Shown one piece after another: positions 1 through 12,100 of a stretch of 64,000 nt of DNA. The stretch lies in NCBI GenBank assembly GCA_002633005.1, contig NMRA01000220.1:511337-575336 (forward strand). Direction: 5' to 3'. This DNA is from Phoronis australis. Lineage: Eukaryota > Animalia > Phoronida. How positions within the stretch are numbered: the stretch's first letter is position 1; each line of letters opens with the position of its first letter. The position numbers and the translations under genes are program-made. Below the pieces are notes generated by a model. The model did not search any database. It was not told the origin of the DNA and worked only from the letters and a program-made list of their open reading frames with translations.

Positions 1-44
1 GGGGGGGGGGGCATGGCCCCCTTGGCCCCGGTTTATAGGTGTAT

Positions 45-350
45 GCTCAAATATGTTGTAACTTAACTTATAGAATCGGACAAGTTGGGAGCAACGGGAA
101 AACGAGTTCAGTAGTCCATGACGGCGACATCCCGTTACTCCCAACTTGTTCGATTCTAGTAGCCCAACAACAAGTTGAGAAGTTTACTCCCATAGCCAAT
201 ATCTTACACGACTGATTAACTCCATTCTGGCATTTATGGTTGGAGGGCCTGCGCTCTTTTATTCGATAATTGCTTTAATCTCCGATCACGTATCTCGCCT
301 GACTGGGCTGGGCTGATAAAAATGAAAGTTAAGTTATAACATATTTGAGC
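45..350. mobile_element. MITE-like element with 25-bp terminal inverted repeats and a nested internal inverted repeat
   Basis: GCTCAAATATGTTGTAACTTAACTT (45-69) is the reverse complement, with 1 mismatch, of AAGTTAAGTTATAACATATTTGAGC (326-350). A second inverted repeat of about 29 bp lies at 71-99 / 130-158. No coding capacity. Confidence 0.6.
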
Positions 351-1176
351 TTAAACCAATAGCATTTCTGAATTACTCGTCAAATGCTGATCATGTTCTG
401 TTTTTGAATCACCAAAATCGCCCAACTACAACAGAAGTTAAGACAATCTATTCTGTCCAAACGGATTACCAACGCACTGGGTTTGACTGTGTTCATACGC
501 GTTCGGTAATAGTGTGCAACCACTATGCGTTTCCTTTGAAGCCTGGATGGGAAGGTCGTTTTTAGTGTCTGTAAATAGACGAAATCCGGGTTTGGTATCC
601 TTTTAAGTAAGACTTTGTTTTGAAATTCGTAACTAATCACTGTATGGAAGTTGTAACCAAATTTTCCTAATTTATTCGCCTGAACGTGAACCCAGATTTA
701 TTCCAGCGATTAGCCTGTTGCGGTTTAACTTGCACTCCAACAATCGCAGAACTCTATGTTTACGATTGAATTTAGGCTACATGTACGTGTACATTGAGTA
801 CCTTAAAATGCATTTGCTCCTAACTATGCTAAAGTATATATAGGAACTAAACGACCATGCTATCTTAACATAATCTACGCTTAACAATTAGTGCAATTGT
901 ATTCATTGACAAATAATTCTGCAAATCTGTGACCTTTGCACTTATGACGTACCTCGGGGGCTCACATGCATGATAGCCCGCATCATGCAGTGTTGGCCCA
1001 GGCACCACTTCACGATACCTACTGAACACGGCTCACTGATTTTGCAGTTGAACATTTTCGCCACAAAACTCGTTCTTAGTAAAAACATTTGACAATTTTC
1101 AACCTACTTCAGAGTCACTTTGTCGCTATGTCATGTCTCTAACTACCGGTAATTTGGCCAAGCAATCACAGACGTA

Positions 1177-2743
1177 AGGAGTGAGTGCACGTTCCAACTT
1201 TTTCTGTAATTTTTAGTAAAAATTCGGTTCGTTGATTATCCCAGACATGTGTTTCAGTTAATTACGGCTTCCCGTAATTTTACTGATTAGTCGTGCCCTT
1301 CTCCGGAAGTGACGTTTAGGGAGTTAAGAATTTCCCGCAATTTTGTTTCTGTGTTCGAGTTTATACTGTCAGTATCTGTTCCACTGTTGTTTTCGTGCCA
1401 GTTTCATAAAATTTTCGTCACCACTTCCCATTGACGAGTATTCTACGATAAGCTAGGTTGTTAGAGAACGCAATTACGTTGGATTTAGGGATCGTTTATT
1501 TTGTAACAGCCTGGAGGGCTGGAGTCGGCGACCCATATCACAGACACAGAGGTGTGAGTGATGGAGACGTTGTTCGAAGCAGTGGTGACGAAGAATGTTT
1601 TCGTGAACCGTCAGTGGGTGGATATTTGAGCCCTGGAAAAGCGAGGCAGAATACGCACAGACAGCTATGAGAGTTATGAGGCAGAGAATGAGGACAGACG
1701 TGGTGAGACGTCTTGGTGTTAATGCACGGTATGCACGGTTATGCCGAAGCAATCGAATGCCTCTGCTTTATCCACTGGATGGTGATCTGAGTACCCAAAC
1801 CGCATCCCGCCGTGTGACTTCCTCGCCACACACCTATCCTGGCACCCCTAAATACCTCCAATACATTAGTCAAGTCTACAAAATCTTATAAAAATTTGGC
1901 TCATCGGCCAGTTCATACGACGAACTGTCCTCCTCACTGGGTGTCGAACTTGGCCTGTATTCACTCACATTACTCAATCCCAATGCAGGGCTGGTTTACA
2001 GGCTCTGGGCTTGAGACAACACCAGCACCGGGCAAATGACGGCTAGTTCCCGGAATTGCACGCTCTGTTGTACGCTCAGACGAACGGGAGACCGTAGATC
2101 AAAGGGCTTCCAGGACACCGTACAGGCCATAACTCGCGAGACTTCTCGCTTCAAAAATGCACTTCTCGGGGGTGGCGACGAGGCACTGCTGGGAATCACC
2201 AACCACAGCATGGCGCCCTTCTTCAGGAGTTGTTTTGCAGGAACCATCATCATTTCCGCGTACATGCCTCGATCTTAATCTAACGGCTGAAAATGCTTGC
2301 CACACACTCAGTAATTTCTTGACTGCCTTGTACGTTGCCTGGACGAGTAACGATGCGTTCTTCACACAAAGCACCCAAGTACGGCGAAGGGTGTCGTCTT
2401 TCGGAAAGTGATGTAATGGCATACACAAAGTGCGCGTGAGACGGTAATGAGTACACCCCAGTACTCAGCAACTGTTCGGCATGTTGACTGACTGGTAAAC
2501 AAATGCAAATGACGACCGAACTTATCACAACGCGGGTAAAACAATGACTATCTCGAGAGCTCACACAGTCAGACTATATGAAAACAAAATGGAAAAAATT
2601 AACCCCCTAAACGTCACTTCCGGAGTAAAGCACGACTAATTAATGAAATTACGGGAGGCCGTTATCAACTGAAATATATGCCTGGGATAATCAACGAACC
2701 TTGTTTTTAGTAAAAATGACATGAAAAGAGGTTGCCTTCTCCT
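1177..2743. mobile_element. Kolobok-type DNA transposon deletion derivative (family 1) with long TIRs, THAP remnant (-) and KolX/P2X7-C-terminal-like remnant (+)
   Basis: Inverted repeats of about 150 bp at ~1196-1350 and ~2580-2735. The right end reads ...GCCTTCTCCT followed by TTAA (2744-2747); the left end is degenerate (AGGAG at 1177). Minus strand from ~2480 gives a broken THAP domain: MPNSC*VLGC...LHHFPKDDTLRRTWV...VCGKHF...LKKGA. Plus strand ~1690-1765 gives EDRRGETSWC*CTVCTVMP..IECLC. Confidence 0.7.
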
Positions 2744-3459
2744 TTAATCCGTTGGACTTATCGTGCACGGAGTCTGATCGACATGTGCAGAGTCTGCTAC
2801 GAACAACTCCCTCTTCTTTAACAATGCTTTATTAATGACGGTCTTCAAAAGAAATTCTGTTATTGATTTTCGTTTTATTTCGTGAAATAAATCGATTGAT
2901 TGGGGAAAATTTATCAATTCTTTATGTGCATAAAACATCAAGAATATTGTCGTTGTGTCATTCGCAACTAGTGGTATTCAAGTTTTCCAACTTTCATCCT
3001 TTCGGTGGCGGTGCTTATGTTTTTCTTTTTCCTTATAAGTACTGTGTCTATGTCTTGCCACACCAAATAAGGAGAAGCGCTTTGGTTTGTTGGAGAGAAA
3101 CGATAAGTGTTGTGAAGAGTGGTAAGGATTCAGATCGCGTTGTAATAGTTTTTTCTCCCTGGTAAATGTTCTGCAGCACAGTAATGGTTCGATTACCACC
3201 CCTTTACTCATTGACTTGTAGTATCCCAATGTTCAGATTGATTAGTTCCTCATTTAGGCATCCATTTGATGGCGATGCGCCATAAATTGTCAACAAGTTT
3301 TTATAACGCACTGACGAAATGGGTTCGCGTTCGTTATTTCCTTAGTATTTTTATATGACTATTTTCTTGCCCGACGTGGATAGGGCAAAATGACAAATGT
3401 AATTTTCCATCTTGCTTTTATGTTGTTTTGTTCAATTACATCTTGCGCAGCCTTCACAT

Positions 3460-5776
3460 ATGGATGAAGACGTGTCAAAAAAGGTGCGACAGGTTAAAGG
3501 TTACATGCTGGAAATACTCACCCCTGACAGAGCAATGCTTGCAAGGCACCGAATAAACGAGAACACCGCTAACGCGCACGCAACACTTACGGCGCAGCCA
3601 GTTATACCACTTCAGTCGTATAACTTTATAACAGAAGATATAGTTCTTGGAAATAAGTAAGATTTATTTTTTTCACCTTCATGTCGCACCCGTGAGAGGT
3701 TTGCAAAAGGGAGGAACGTTGCTGTTATGTTCAATAAATAGTGGAACGGGCAGGGAAGACGCCTAATCGAAGTCTGTGGTCACGCAGGATACTCCCCATT
3801 TAGAGAGAGGAATCGAAAAGGCGACCCATTTGTAGGGAGATGCCATGAAAACTAACACTTTCCTAGTATTTTTTCCCAGAAAACCACCAATTCGTGTGGG
3901 TAGCTCTATAATCCTAATTACTTTTCAGAGAATTGTTGGGCCGTTGGTTTCAACCGACTAAGTGTGAAAGAGCAAGGACGACATGTGTTGTAAAAAATTA
4001 GAACATTTTTCAACCAAAGTCTTAAGTTGGAAAAGGAATCTTTACGAACTTTCTAAGTTCCAAAATGAAACTTTTGTTGGGAATTAAGTTGGAAAAGATA
4101 CCCTTTCGTAGGGAATTTTGTCGAAAAGGGAACCTTTGGTAGGGAAAATGTATTTCATAATGCTACTTATCTGATTGGCGCGTCCCATAGATGCATACCT
4201 ATTCTATTGGAGTGACCTCCCCTCTCGTCGGGGGGCAATTGTACAGTATCTAATGCAAGCGGACCTCATGTGATGAATAAGTTTGCCTTAAAGTTCCCAA
4301 AGTGTCCTGAAACCATTCCGACCGGAAGTTTTACCATCAAGATTTTTACAGGTCGTTGGCAGAAAACAAACCCGAGCTGAAACGACTGGGAATAACTCAC
4401 GTGGTTAACGCTTGCCAAGGAACAAGGGTCTTGTTTGGTCAAGTGAACACCAACCAAGAGTATTACGACGACACTGGAATTATGTTTATAGGCATAGAAA
4501 ATATTATGGATAGACCGAAGGCACAGTTGTTCAAGCACTTTGAGCGAATAGCTGACTTTATCGATGGCTGCATCCAGTCTAAGGGTAGGTGATTGATGTG
4601 ATGCATGTCTGTAGCCATTCAAAGGTATTTTTTGTGTGTTATTCTCTTGTTTATATGTTCTCCTCTATTGCTATTATGTTGTTGTCTTTTGTTTTCTCTT
4701 GGTATATTTGCTCAATATTATGCTTTGCTTAAGTAAGTCATTGTTTCACAGTTAAAAGTCTGGATGTAATGATTCGCATTCTGGACTAAATATTTGTATT
4801 TAATGTATTGTCCTTTATTTGTGTAGCAATTATATAAAAGTCCATTTAGAGGTAAATTTGTATCGTCTTGACTTGCCACTTACACAACCCAGAATGCCAG
4901 TTTCAGGTCTGTAGGCTGCTATTACAACGGATAGATTAGAATTCATTGTCAGACCTCGTGCTTTGCTCTACCCTTCCCGTGCTACTGTTATTTTTGTCTC
5001 TATTGGGGTCAGCCGCTCACGTCGTAGGTTTTTGAGACTCAGTTACCGACGAAATTGTTCTAACCGAGACTTCCTGAATTGCCCGTGGGAGTTTTTTTTT
5101 AGCGAACCTTAACTGTCGGTGAGGGCCAGGGGATGCGTTCGCACCCGTCACTGTTTGGGGCATGTGCACTCAGCTGGTGAAAAAAATTCTCTGTATCGGT
5201 CAAGACACTAAGATGAAGACTTAATGATACCGAAATCAGAGTCGCGTGTCATGCCTATGCGCTATTTAGGACTGACTTGTCTTTCACTTAGATTGTCACG
5301 TGGTGTTTTGGGAGCACCTTTATTGTAAAAGTGGCAAGTTGCAGTTGATGCTCATAGTTACACTCCAATGCTAAAATTTAGAACAATTAATTGGTCATTT
5401 ATTTGATCAAATTTGTTTTATTCCACTTATGAATTGACAATCTTGCCCGTCGATGCGATACTGTGCCCCTTCTCATTTAACAGACACCTTGTTTCTGACC
5501 CTTGTTCAACTGAGTTCAGAAACGTGTTCTGTAAATTCGTATCTCAAACCCCGGCCGATTTAGCTATATTTGTTTTATGTCCTTTTAGGGAAGCTGTTTA
5601 TCCATTGTCACCAAGGAATCAGTCGATCGGCTACGCTCCTTATTGCTTACTTCATGATCAAAAGAGGAATCTCGCTTTTGGACGCAATTGCTATTGTAAG
5701 GGGGGCAAGGGAGGTGCAACCAAACGACGGATTTTTGCAGCAACTCATAGAACTTGAGATATCGCTGTTGAGTTAA
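3460..5776 (+). CDS. Atypical dual-specificity protein phosphatase (DUSP3/VHR, DUSP13, DUSP26-like), 3 coding exons, 205 aa
   Basis: Exons 3460-3656, 4352-4584 and 5589-5776, all with GT-AG introns, join in frame (618 nt). Motifs: IVLGN, LKRLGITHVVNAC, a general-acid Asp in IMDRP, the catalytic loop IHCHQGISRSAT, IAYFM and VQPNDGFLQQL. No rhodanese/MKB domain is visible. An acceptor-like ...TTGCGCAG at 3450 suggests an upstream 5' exon. Confidence 0.9.
3750..4237. repeat. Probable non-autonomous interspersed repeat in DUSP intron 1
   Basis: Several degenerate copies of AAAAGG..ACCCTTT.GTAGGGA (~3817-3840, ~4093-4115, ~4124-4147), ending in GGAGTGACCTCCCCTCTCGTCGGGGGG. Family not determined. 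Confidence 0.35.
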
Positions 5777-6067
5777 CCGAAGAATACGTGTGTTTACCTG
5801 CGTTTTGCCCGTATTGAACGATGCACAGCGGCACAGTTTTTGTCACTGAAGAGATTTCTTATCACTGCAAGTGGAAAGTGTCCCGCGTGACATGGATTTT
5901 AATACACAATCACAGATCCGTGAAAATGTATATTCCGTTTGTTCATGTGTTAAAGTGGCAAGCACTATTGCCAAGTTGATGTGTATTGCGTGCAATTTGC
6001 ATTTTCAGTTTCCATAACTTCATCATCTGGAGTATCATTATTTATACATTAATCACTATACCGTGTC

Positions 6068-6073
6068 AATAAA
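6068..6073 (+). terminator. Candidate polyadenylation signal of the DUSP gene
   Basis: First AATAAA seen on the + strand after the DUSP stop codon, about 290 nt downstream. Confidence 0.45.
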
Positions 6074-6137
6074 AGTACTCTATTCGGTAATACATCATCA
6101 TCCTAACCAGTTAGCATTCTCAATCAGTGTGTGGTAT

Positions 6138-9100
6138 TTATTGCATTGCATTAACAACAGCTTTGACCGCCCGCCATATCTCGCGTCCGCTGTTGGGAAT
6201 CTCGGACTGCGGTACGATAAATCCGTTAGAGGTCTCGCCCTGCCTAGGGTAGAGCTCGAATGCGTACGCATACTTTATTCCAAGCACACCTTTGGCCCAG
6301 TCATATGACCCTCCAGAGGCTGCATCTGCAATAATAGAGCCATTTAAGTCATGAAGCTGTATATCATGACTCGATTAAGAATGTACATGTTTTTCAAACC
6401 AACAATTATTTTATAGGTTATCTTGCGACCCTGCTCGGGCCGGTGTTCTAAGTGCACTCGAAATTGTTTTTGTCGTTTTCTTTTCTACTTTCGTGTGAAC
6501 TCGAGATAAATGGCTCGAATACATTATGGCTTATGAATACGAGTGAGTCCATGTTCACTCTTGATGACCCCTTCGTTCGTACTACAAATACGAGGAACAA
6601 CTTGAGATTTCTGGTATAAATTTGAATTTTCATGTTCAGACTCGAAATTTTAATCTTGGGTCATCAAATACAAGCTAGGATTATCCACGTAAGTCGTGAT
6701 GTACGTTAGCATAGAATAACAGACAGTTGTCTTAATTTGTACAGAAGTATATGGCAAAGTAATTTCGATTTCGAAAACCAAGTTGAGATCCCGGCCCTAA
6801 GTACGTTTGTAATAATTAATACGCCGATGAGCAGCAATTTTTGCTACACCTACTCTGTACACTTAGCAAAATGGATTAGGTGGTTGATAATGAAAACGAA
6901 GTAACAGCTTGAAAATGGTCGATATTTCCTATACTTACATAGAATTTCAGGTGGGGTTCCTATCTGGAAAGTTCGCCCGTTCTCTGCTTTAAGAGCGTTG
7001 GCACCTATTTGAGCGACACGTTTCTAGAAAAGTTAAAAACAACACTGTTAAGAAATTTCATCTTGCTGGTACGAATTGTACAATACGTCTGTGAACGGAT
7101 AGTTGTTTCCTTAAACATTTTTTTCTTGAAATACATACGTACATGTATTTCCTCATTGCTGATCATCAGTAACCGAGATTCTCTCGACTCAGCGAGGCCG
7201 ATCGTGACTGGCAATAGATGTTGTTACTCTGATGAATTGAAACACCAGTGAGGATTTTAACGAGCTAATTCTAGTTTACAAAGTTTCCTCGAGTGGCTCA
7301 CACCCGTATGCGCGTGACAGCAGCATTTTCATCGTCCACACGAACGAAGTGAAAGGAGTTTTGATAAAATTGCAGTTCAGCACGTCCTCACGGGTAGGCT
7401 CGCATTGAATTCAGCGTTGTCAAAAAATTCCTTTATGGACAACGTTTTCAAAAGTAGTGGTGTGTGTTTGCCGTTTTCATTGAATACATGAACGCGTAGG
7501 CGGAAGATGTACTGCATCCGTGAACAAAAGTTTTGAAATGAGAATGAAATCGTATGGACACGGCTCATGCTTTTGACTGCAAGATATCTATTTACGTCTT
7601 CAGGGCCTTGTTACACCAAACTTGTTCTTAGAACTACTGTGCCCATCTTAACATGTTGCTGAAGGGTGGAAAATATCAATTTTGGTCGAAAAACATGCGT
7701 CGAGTTTGACATCGCTCACGGGGTTCTTAATTAGACCTAATGATTAGTCAGTTCCCAATATTCCGTTTTGTCCCATTTCGAGGTCGTCTTCAGAACTTTT
7801 GAGTAAGGATCCTTTTACAAATACTGATTCGGTTCCCTGAAGTCCCAGAAATAGGCTTGAAATCCGGTCTTTGTATTTCCTTGGACGGACACCTTTCTCA
7901 ATTAAGTTGGAGAGTGCGTGCGTTCGCACTAGCGTGTTATTTTGCTCACTTAGTTGGTGTGGACACTGCTTAGAGACCGGTACAGTTTCTTATGGTAACA
8001 CCACGATGGTTTTTTCTTAATAGTATCTGCAAAAGTAAGTCAACATGATCCTTTGAAAAACCTAACAACAACATATCGAGTCTCCGATTAGTAACATGTA
8101 CCGGATGAAATTCATCGTTTAAAGCAAAGAAAAGAGAGTGGGCATCGGCTGATGGGTCGTTTTCCCACTAACATTCGTCCATCCGGAACAGGTACGTAGC
8201 GATTGTGAGATATTGTCTTCAAACTATTTTTTAATGAAATCAGTTGCTACGTATTTTGTCAGTTGATCCACGGCAAAAATTCGACTTGAAAATCTAGAAC
8301 ATACTCCATAACAGGCGTTTATCGAAAAACAATTATCAATAATATGTTGCCTCTTCAACGGTACAACTCGTAACTAATTTCTTCAATTCAGCTTTCAGTT
8401 ACGAAAGGCAGATGCATACAGGGGGCAACAATTTATGGTGTTGCGTATTGTAGCGACATAAAATGTCGCTCCAGTGGGTGAGAATTCATGTTTGAGTTCA
8501 CGACGTTTATTCTTGTCATCGACAAAAGGTTTACATCCGGCCACAATTGATGTCGTGACAAACTGTTAGCACTTACAAGTTCACTGTAGTCACTCGGATA
8601 ATACTTTCCGTATGCGTACGGAGTAAGCCACATCTGGTAGTGGGCGTGAATTGTGAGGAAAAGTTTCATGTTTCTGCTCTTGGCTTCCACAATGTTCTTA
8701 ATGTTTGTTGTGCACTTCTCGGAGAAAGCATATCTCCCCGGGTAGAGGTCGGAGCAGGGATTACGGTTGACGCCAGACTCTGAAGAAAATGTCATGTGCC
8801 ATGTTCATTTGATTTCAAAAGGATACTGAACCCTGTCTTGATGATTTAGATCAATCACCGTTCTGTCACCTGCTAATGCAGCAATTGGCGTCAATCTTGA
8901 AAGATAAAAGCAGGAATCAACTAAAAACTTATACTCCCTATGTCACCGACAGATTGGATGCTATCATTCTTAATGCGGAGTCTTTCCCCACAGTTGCCGT
9001 GCGATTGGTTAAAAAGCGTAGGTGACGCTGTCCGTTTAGAAAACTTTGAATAGATTTTTCCAATTTCCTTCAAAACTTTGAGGGTAGTCGAGTGTTGCAG

Positions 9101-12100
9101 AGCATTATTTTGTTTCAGAGAATTGAATGGGAACGTCGTTTTCACTACCCGTTAATAGGTCAAAACTAAGTGTGACATCCTTTTTAGAATGTCTGGGGCT
9201 TTTTGACGTTTCCTTCACAAATAACACACCTCCGATACCTTAAACACGTATACTCAACGTCAATACCCTGGGCCCTTGGCAACGGTGGAAGAGTAGCTGG
9301 CTGTACGTGTATTCTTGTCCAATTAATTAATTGGATTTAGTGAAATGTTGGCGGTAACTCGGCTCTGAATTATGCCGTTGGATAATACATGTACGGTGGA
9401 AGGACATCTTACAGAGAGTGATGTTTATTTCTGATCACCACTTTTAATATTTTATTGCCTTTACACTGGATAGACGTCTTGTCTTAAAAACTTTAACAGG
9501 ACTTTACTTTGAATGATTAGGGTCTTTAGAAACCTTATAATAAGCCCCCTGTACATAGAATTATGCAGAGCATCCAGTTATCAAATAGACTATTTTGCTA
9601 CAAATTGGTAAAAAGCTCGCGCTTGTAAAGCATTGTTTCGCTTTTGATGTAAAGGAAATTTCTCCACTGCAGTGATGGGAATTTTGAATTTTTAATTTTT
9701 GACCAAATCATGTAGGGTTTTAAAAGTATCACATTTACCCGATCCTAAATTGTTGCCAAAGTACCAGGCAGTGAAGGTGATAACTAAAGTCAGGTCCTGC
9801 CACCGTAAGAACTGTTTCGAGGTCGATTTTATGGACTTCAGTACTTAAATTATTTTTCGTTTTTCGGCACCCAAGTGCTAAAAATTCAGTTTTACTTAAA
9901 ACGCAAAGTAAAATAATCAAAAATGTTAATTAATGAATCGGAGAAAGTTACACAGTTGCACATATAGACAGACTTGCCTCCGAAATGAAAGTCAAAGTTT
10001 CTGTTGGGATCGACGCCTGTGCAGCTACTCCATCTACTGGTTCTTGAACGAGTCTTGCGCCACATTCGGTTCTAGGATATAATTAACGGTACGAGCTGCA
10101 GCAATAACACAACACTCAATGCATACTATATGTATGAATTCATTCTTTTTTAGCTGAATGCATTAGCATTAAACACATCACTCCGTGTTTCTCAGCTTGA
10201 ATAAGCTTCACGTATTTTTCAGCACCGTTTGTACGGAACATCTGTCATTAAACAACACTTTGAGCAATTTTGAGTCTTTTGCAAGCCTGTCCAGAACGAC
10301 AATAACCGTGTATTTTAAATAAATTGGATAAATTTTACCTTAAAAATCTTTTGTATAAATTTATGTGCTTGGCTTCATTACTTACCGACGTGTGAGAGTA
10401 CTCATAACCGTCGGGATTGGCTGAAGGCAGGAGATACCAATCGTAGGTGTCAACCAAGGTCCTTACTTCTTGATTAGTTGAGTAGTCGTTAAGGAGGCGT
10501 TCGATCATATAGACTACAGTGCTCACAGTGAGCCATTCCCTGGCGTGGATGCCGGAGTCGATCCAAAGAGATGGCTTGGTACTGAACCTGCTGCCAGGTT
10601 TGCCGATCTGTTGAAACATAAAATCAGCAAATACGGGTGCTCTGTGCCGTTACTGCGTCAGAATTAAATTGCTGACCTGCAGAAATTCTAGAATCGTCAC
10701 CTTTTACGATGTAGTACATGGATGGTATGAGGACAATACTTTGAGCAGGGATTCTTGTAGTAGAACTGCCCGTCCCTTCAATATTTTTTCCGGGGGCGAT
10801 TACGTTTTATCAACTATCGGATAGAGTCGTTTTGGGTTAGAAGGTACTAGATGTCCAGTTGACATTATCTGGTTTTCCTTCTTATACTTGTATCATTGTT
10901 CTTAATTTATGTTGAGGGGCTTCCACTGTTTAATGTTCAGAGTGCCCATTCAACACAAAGGTGCACGTGAAAGCATCCTAGGACACATCTTTAGGTAAAT
11001 GTCACTTTAGGCGTATTTTTCTCACAGCAAGATCTTACCTTGATGACTTTCATAGTTCGGCCTTCATAAGTAGTTCCAATGTCAATCAGTTCCGAAATCT
11101 GCGGGTTGTTAGCTACTTGCTGGGCCAGCCAGGCGTTTAACTGAAGATTGAAGTTAAGTGTTACAGGGCTTATAGCAATCTGCCTTCAGTCAATGAAACT
11201 ACTTTTTTATTCCGCCAACTTAAATCATAAAATTGACATCAACTTGTTTCTTACACAGATTTGAACGGAACTTTTGGGAAGACCAGAAGCCTGTTTCGTG
11301 ATGGTCGACTTAAGACTACGACAAAAGTTTAGTCTAACTCTACACATAGCCAAGTGTTTCTCCTGAGGGCAAAATAGCTGCTGTGATACGCAATTTCCAT
11401 GTGGTTCATGGCTTTATGTCTTATTCAATTACACAAAGTAAACATCTGAGGTGCCGAGTTTCTGCACAAAGCAGTTTACAAGTAGAACCCATTGTGCTAA
11501 TTTTTTCATTCGAAGTTGCCGAAACACTTGTAAAAAATTGGTTTCGTTTTTGAAAGCACGAATTTAAAATTTAACAGTAGACAGCCACATCAAATTGGAC
11601 ATCTGTGACGCATATTAATTGTCTTCTACTGAGGGATCAGGCTCAAAATCTGAAGTGCTGAAGCCAGTCAAGGGAAATCGTTCCCGACCGCAGTGAGCAG
11701 AACTCGGATAACTCTTCTCAGGAGAAAACTAAATAAAGGTTTAGCCAAGTTAATTACGAACACATTATTCCAGACTAAAAATAATTGATAGAAACTATCT
11801 TAGTAACTAAAATTCATGTGTGAGACCAAATTTCCGTCATTTTGAGTCACGTTTCGGAAAGCAGGCCTGTGGTTGTTCTTCACTGTATTATTTGAGACCG
11901 GGCACAACAAGTTGGTTTGTCACGGCGGACCATTTTATATGCCGAACATGGTTTCAAGCGCTCAAGCAATTTCTCATTTAGACCATCTTTAACAACAAGA
12001 TTGATCTGATGCCAATTCCACAATAAGAAAATGGCGAGATAGTGTATAATATATGAGCGTATATGTAGCATTAGTGTGAACCACACCAACTAGTAAACTG

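Noticed and set aside
5195-5255. Hammerhead-like string GACACTAAGATGAAGAC...CGAAA...GTGTC in DUSP intron 2
   Set aside because: The CUGA box is missing and stem II does not pair. At best it is a dead relic.
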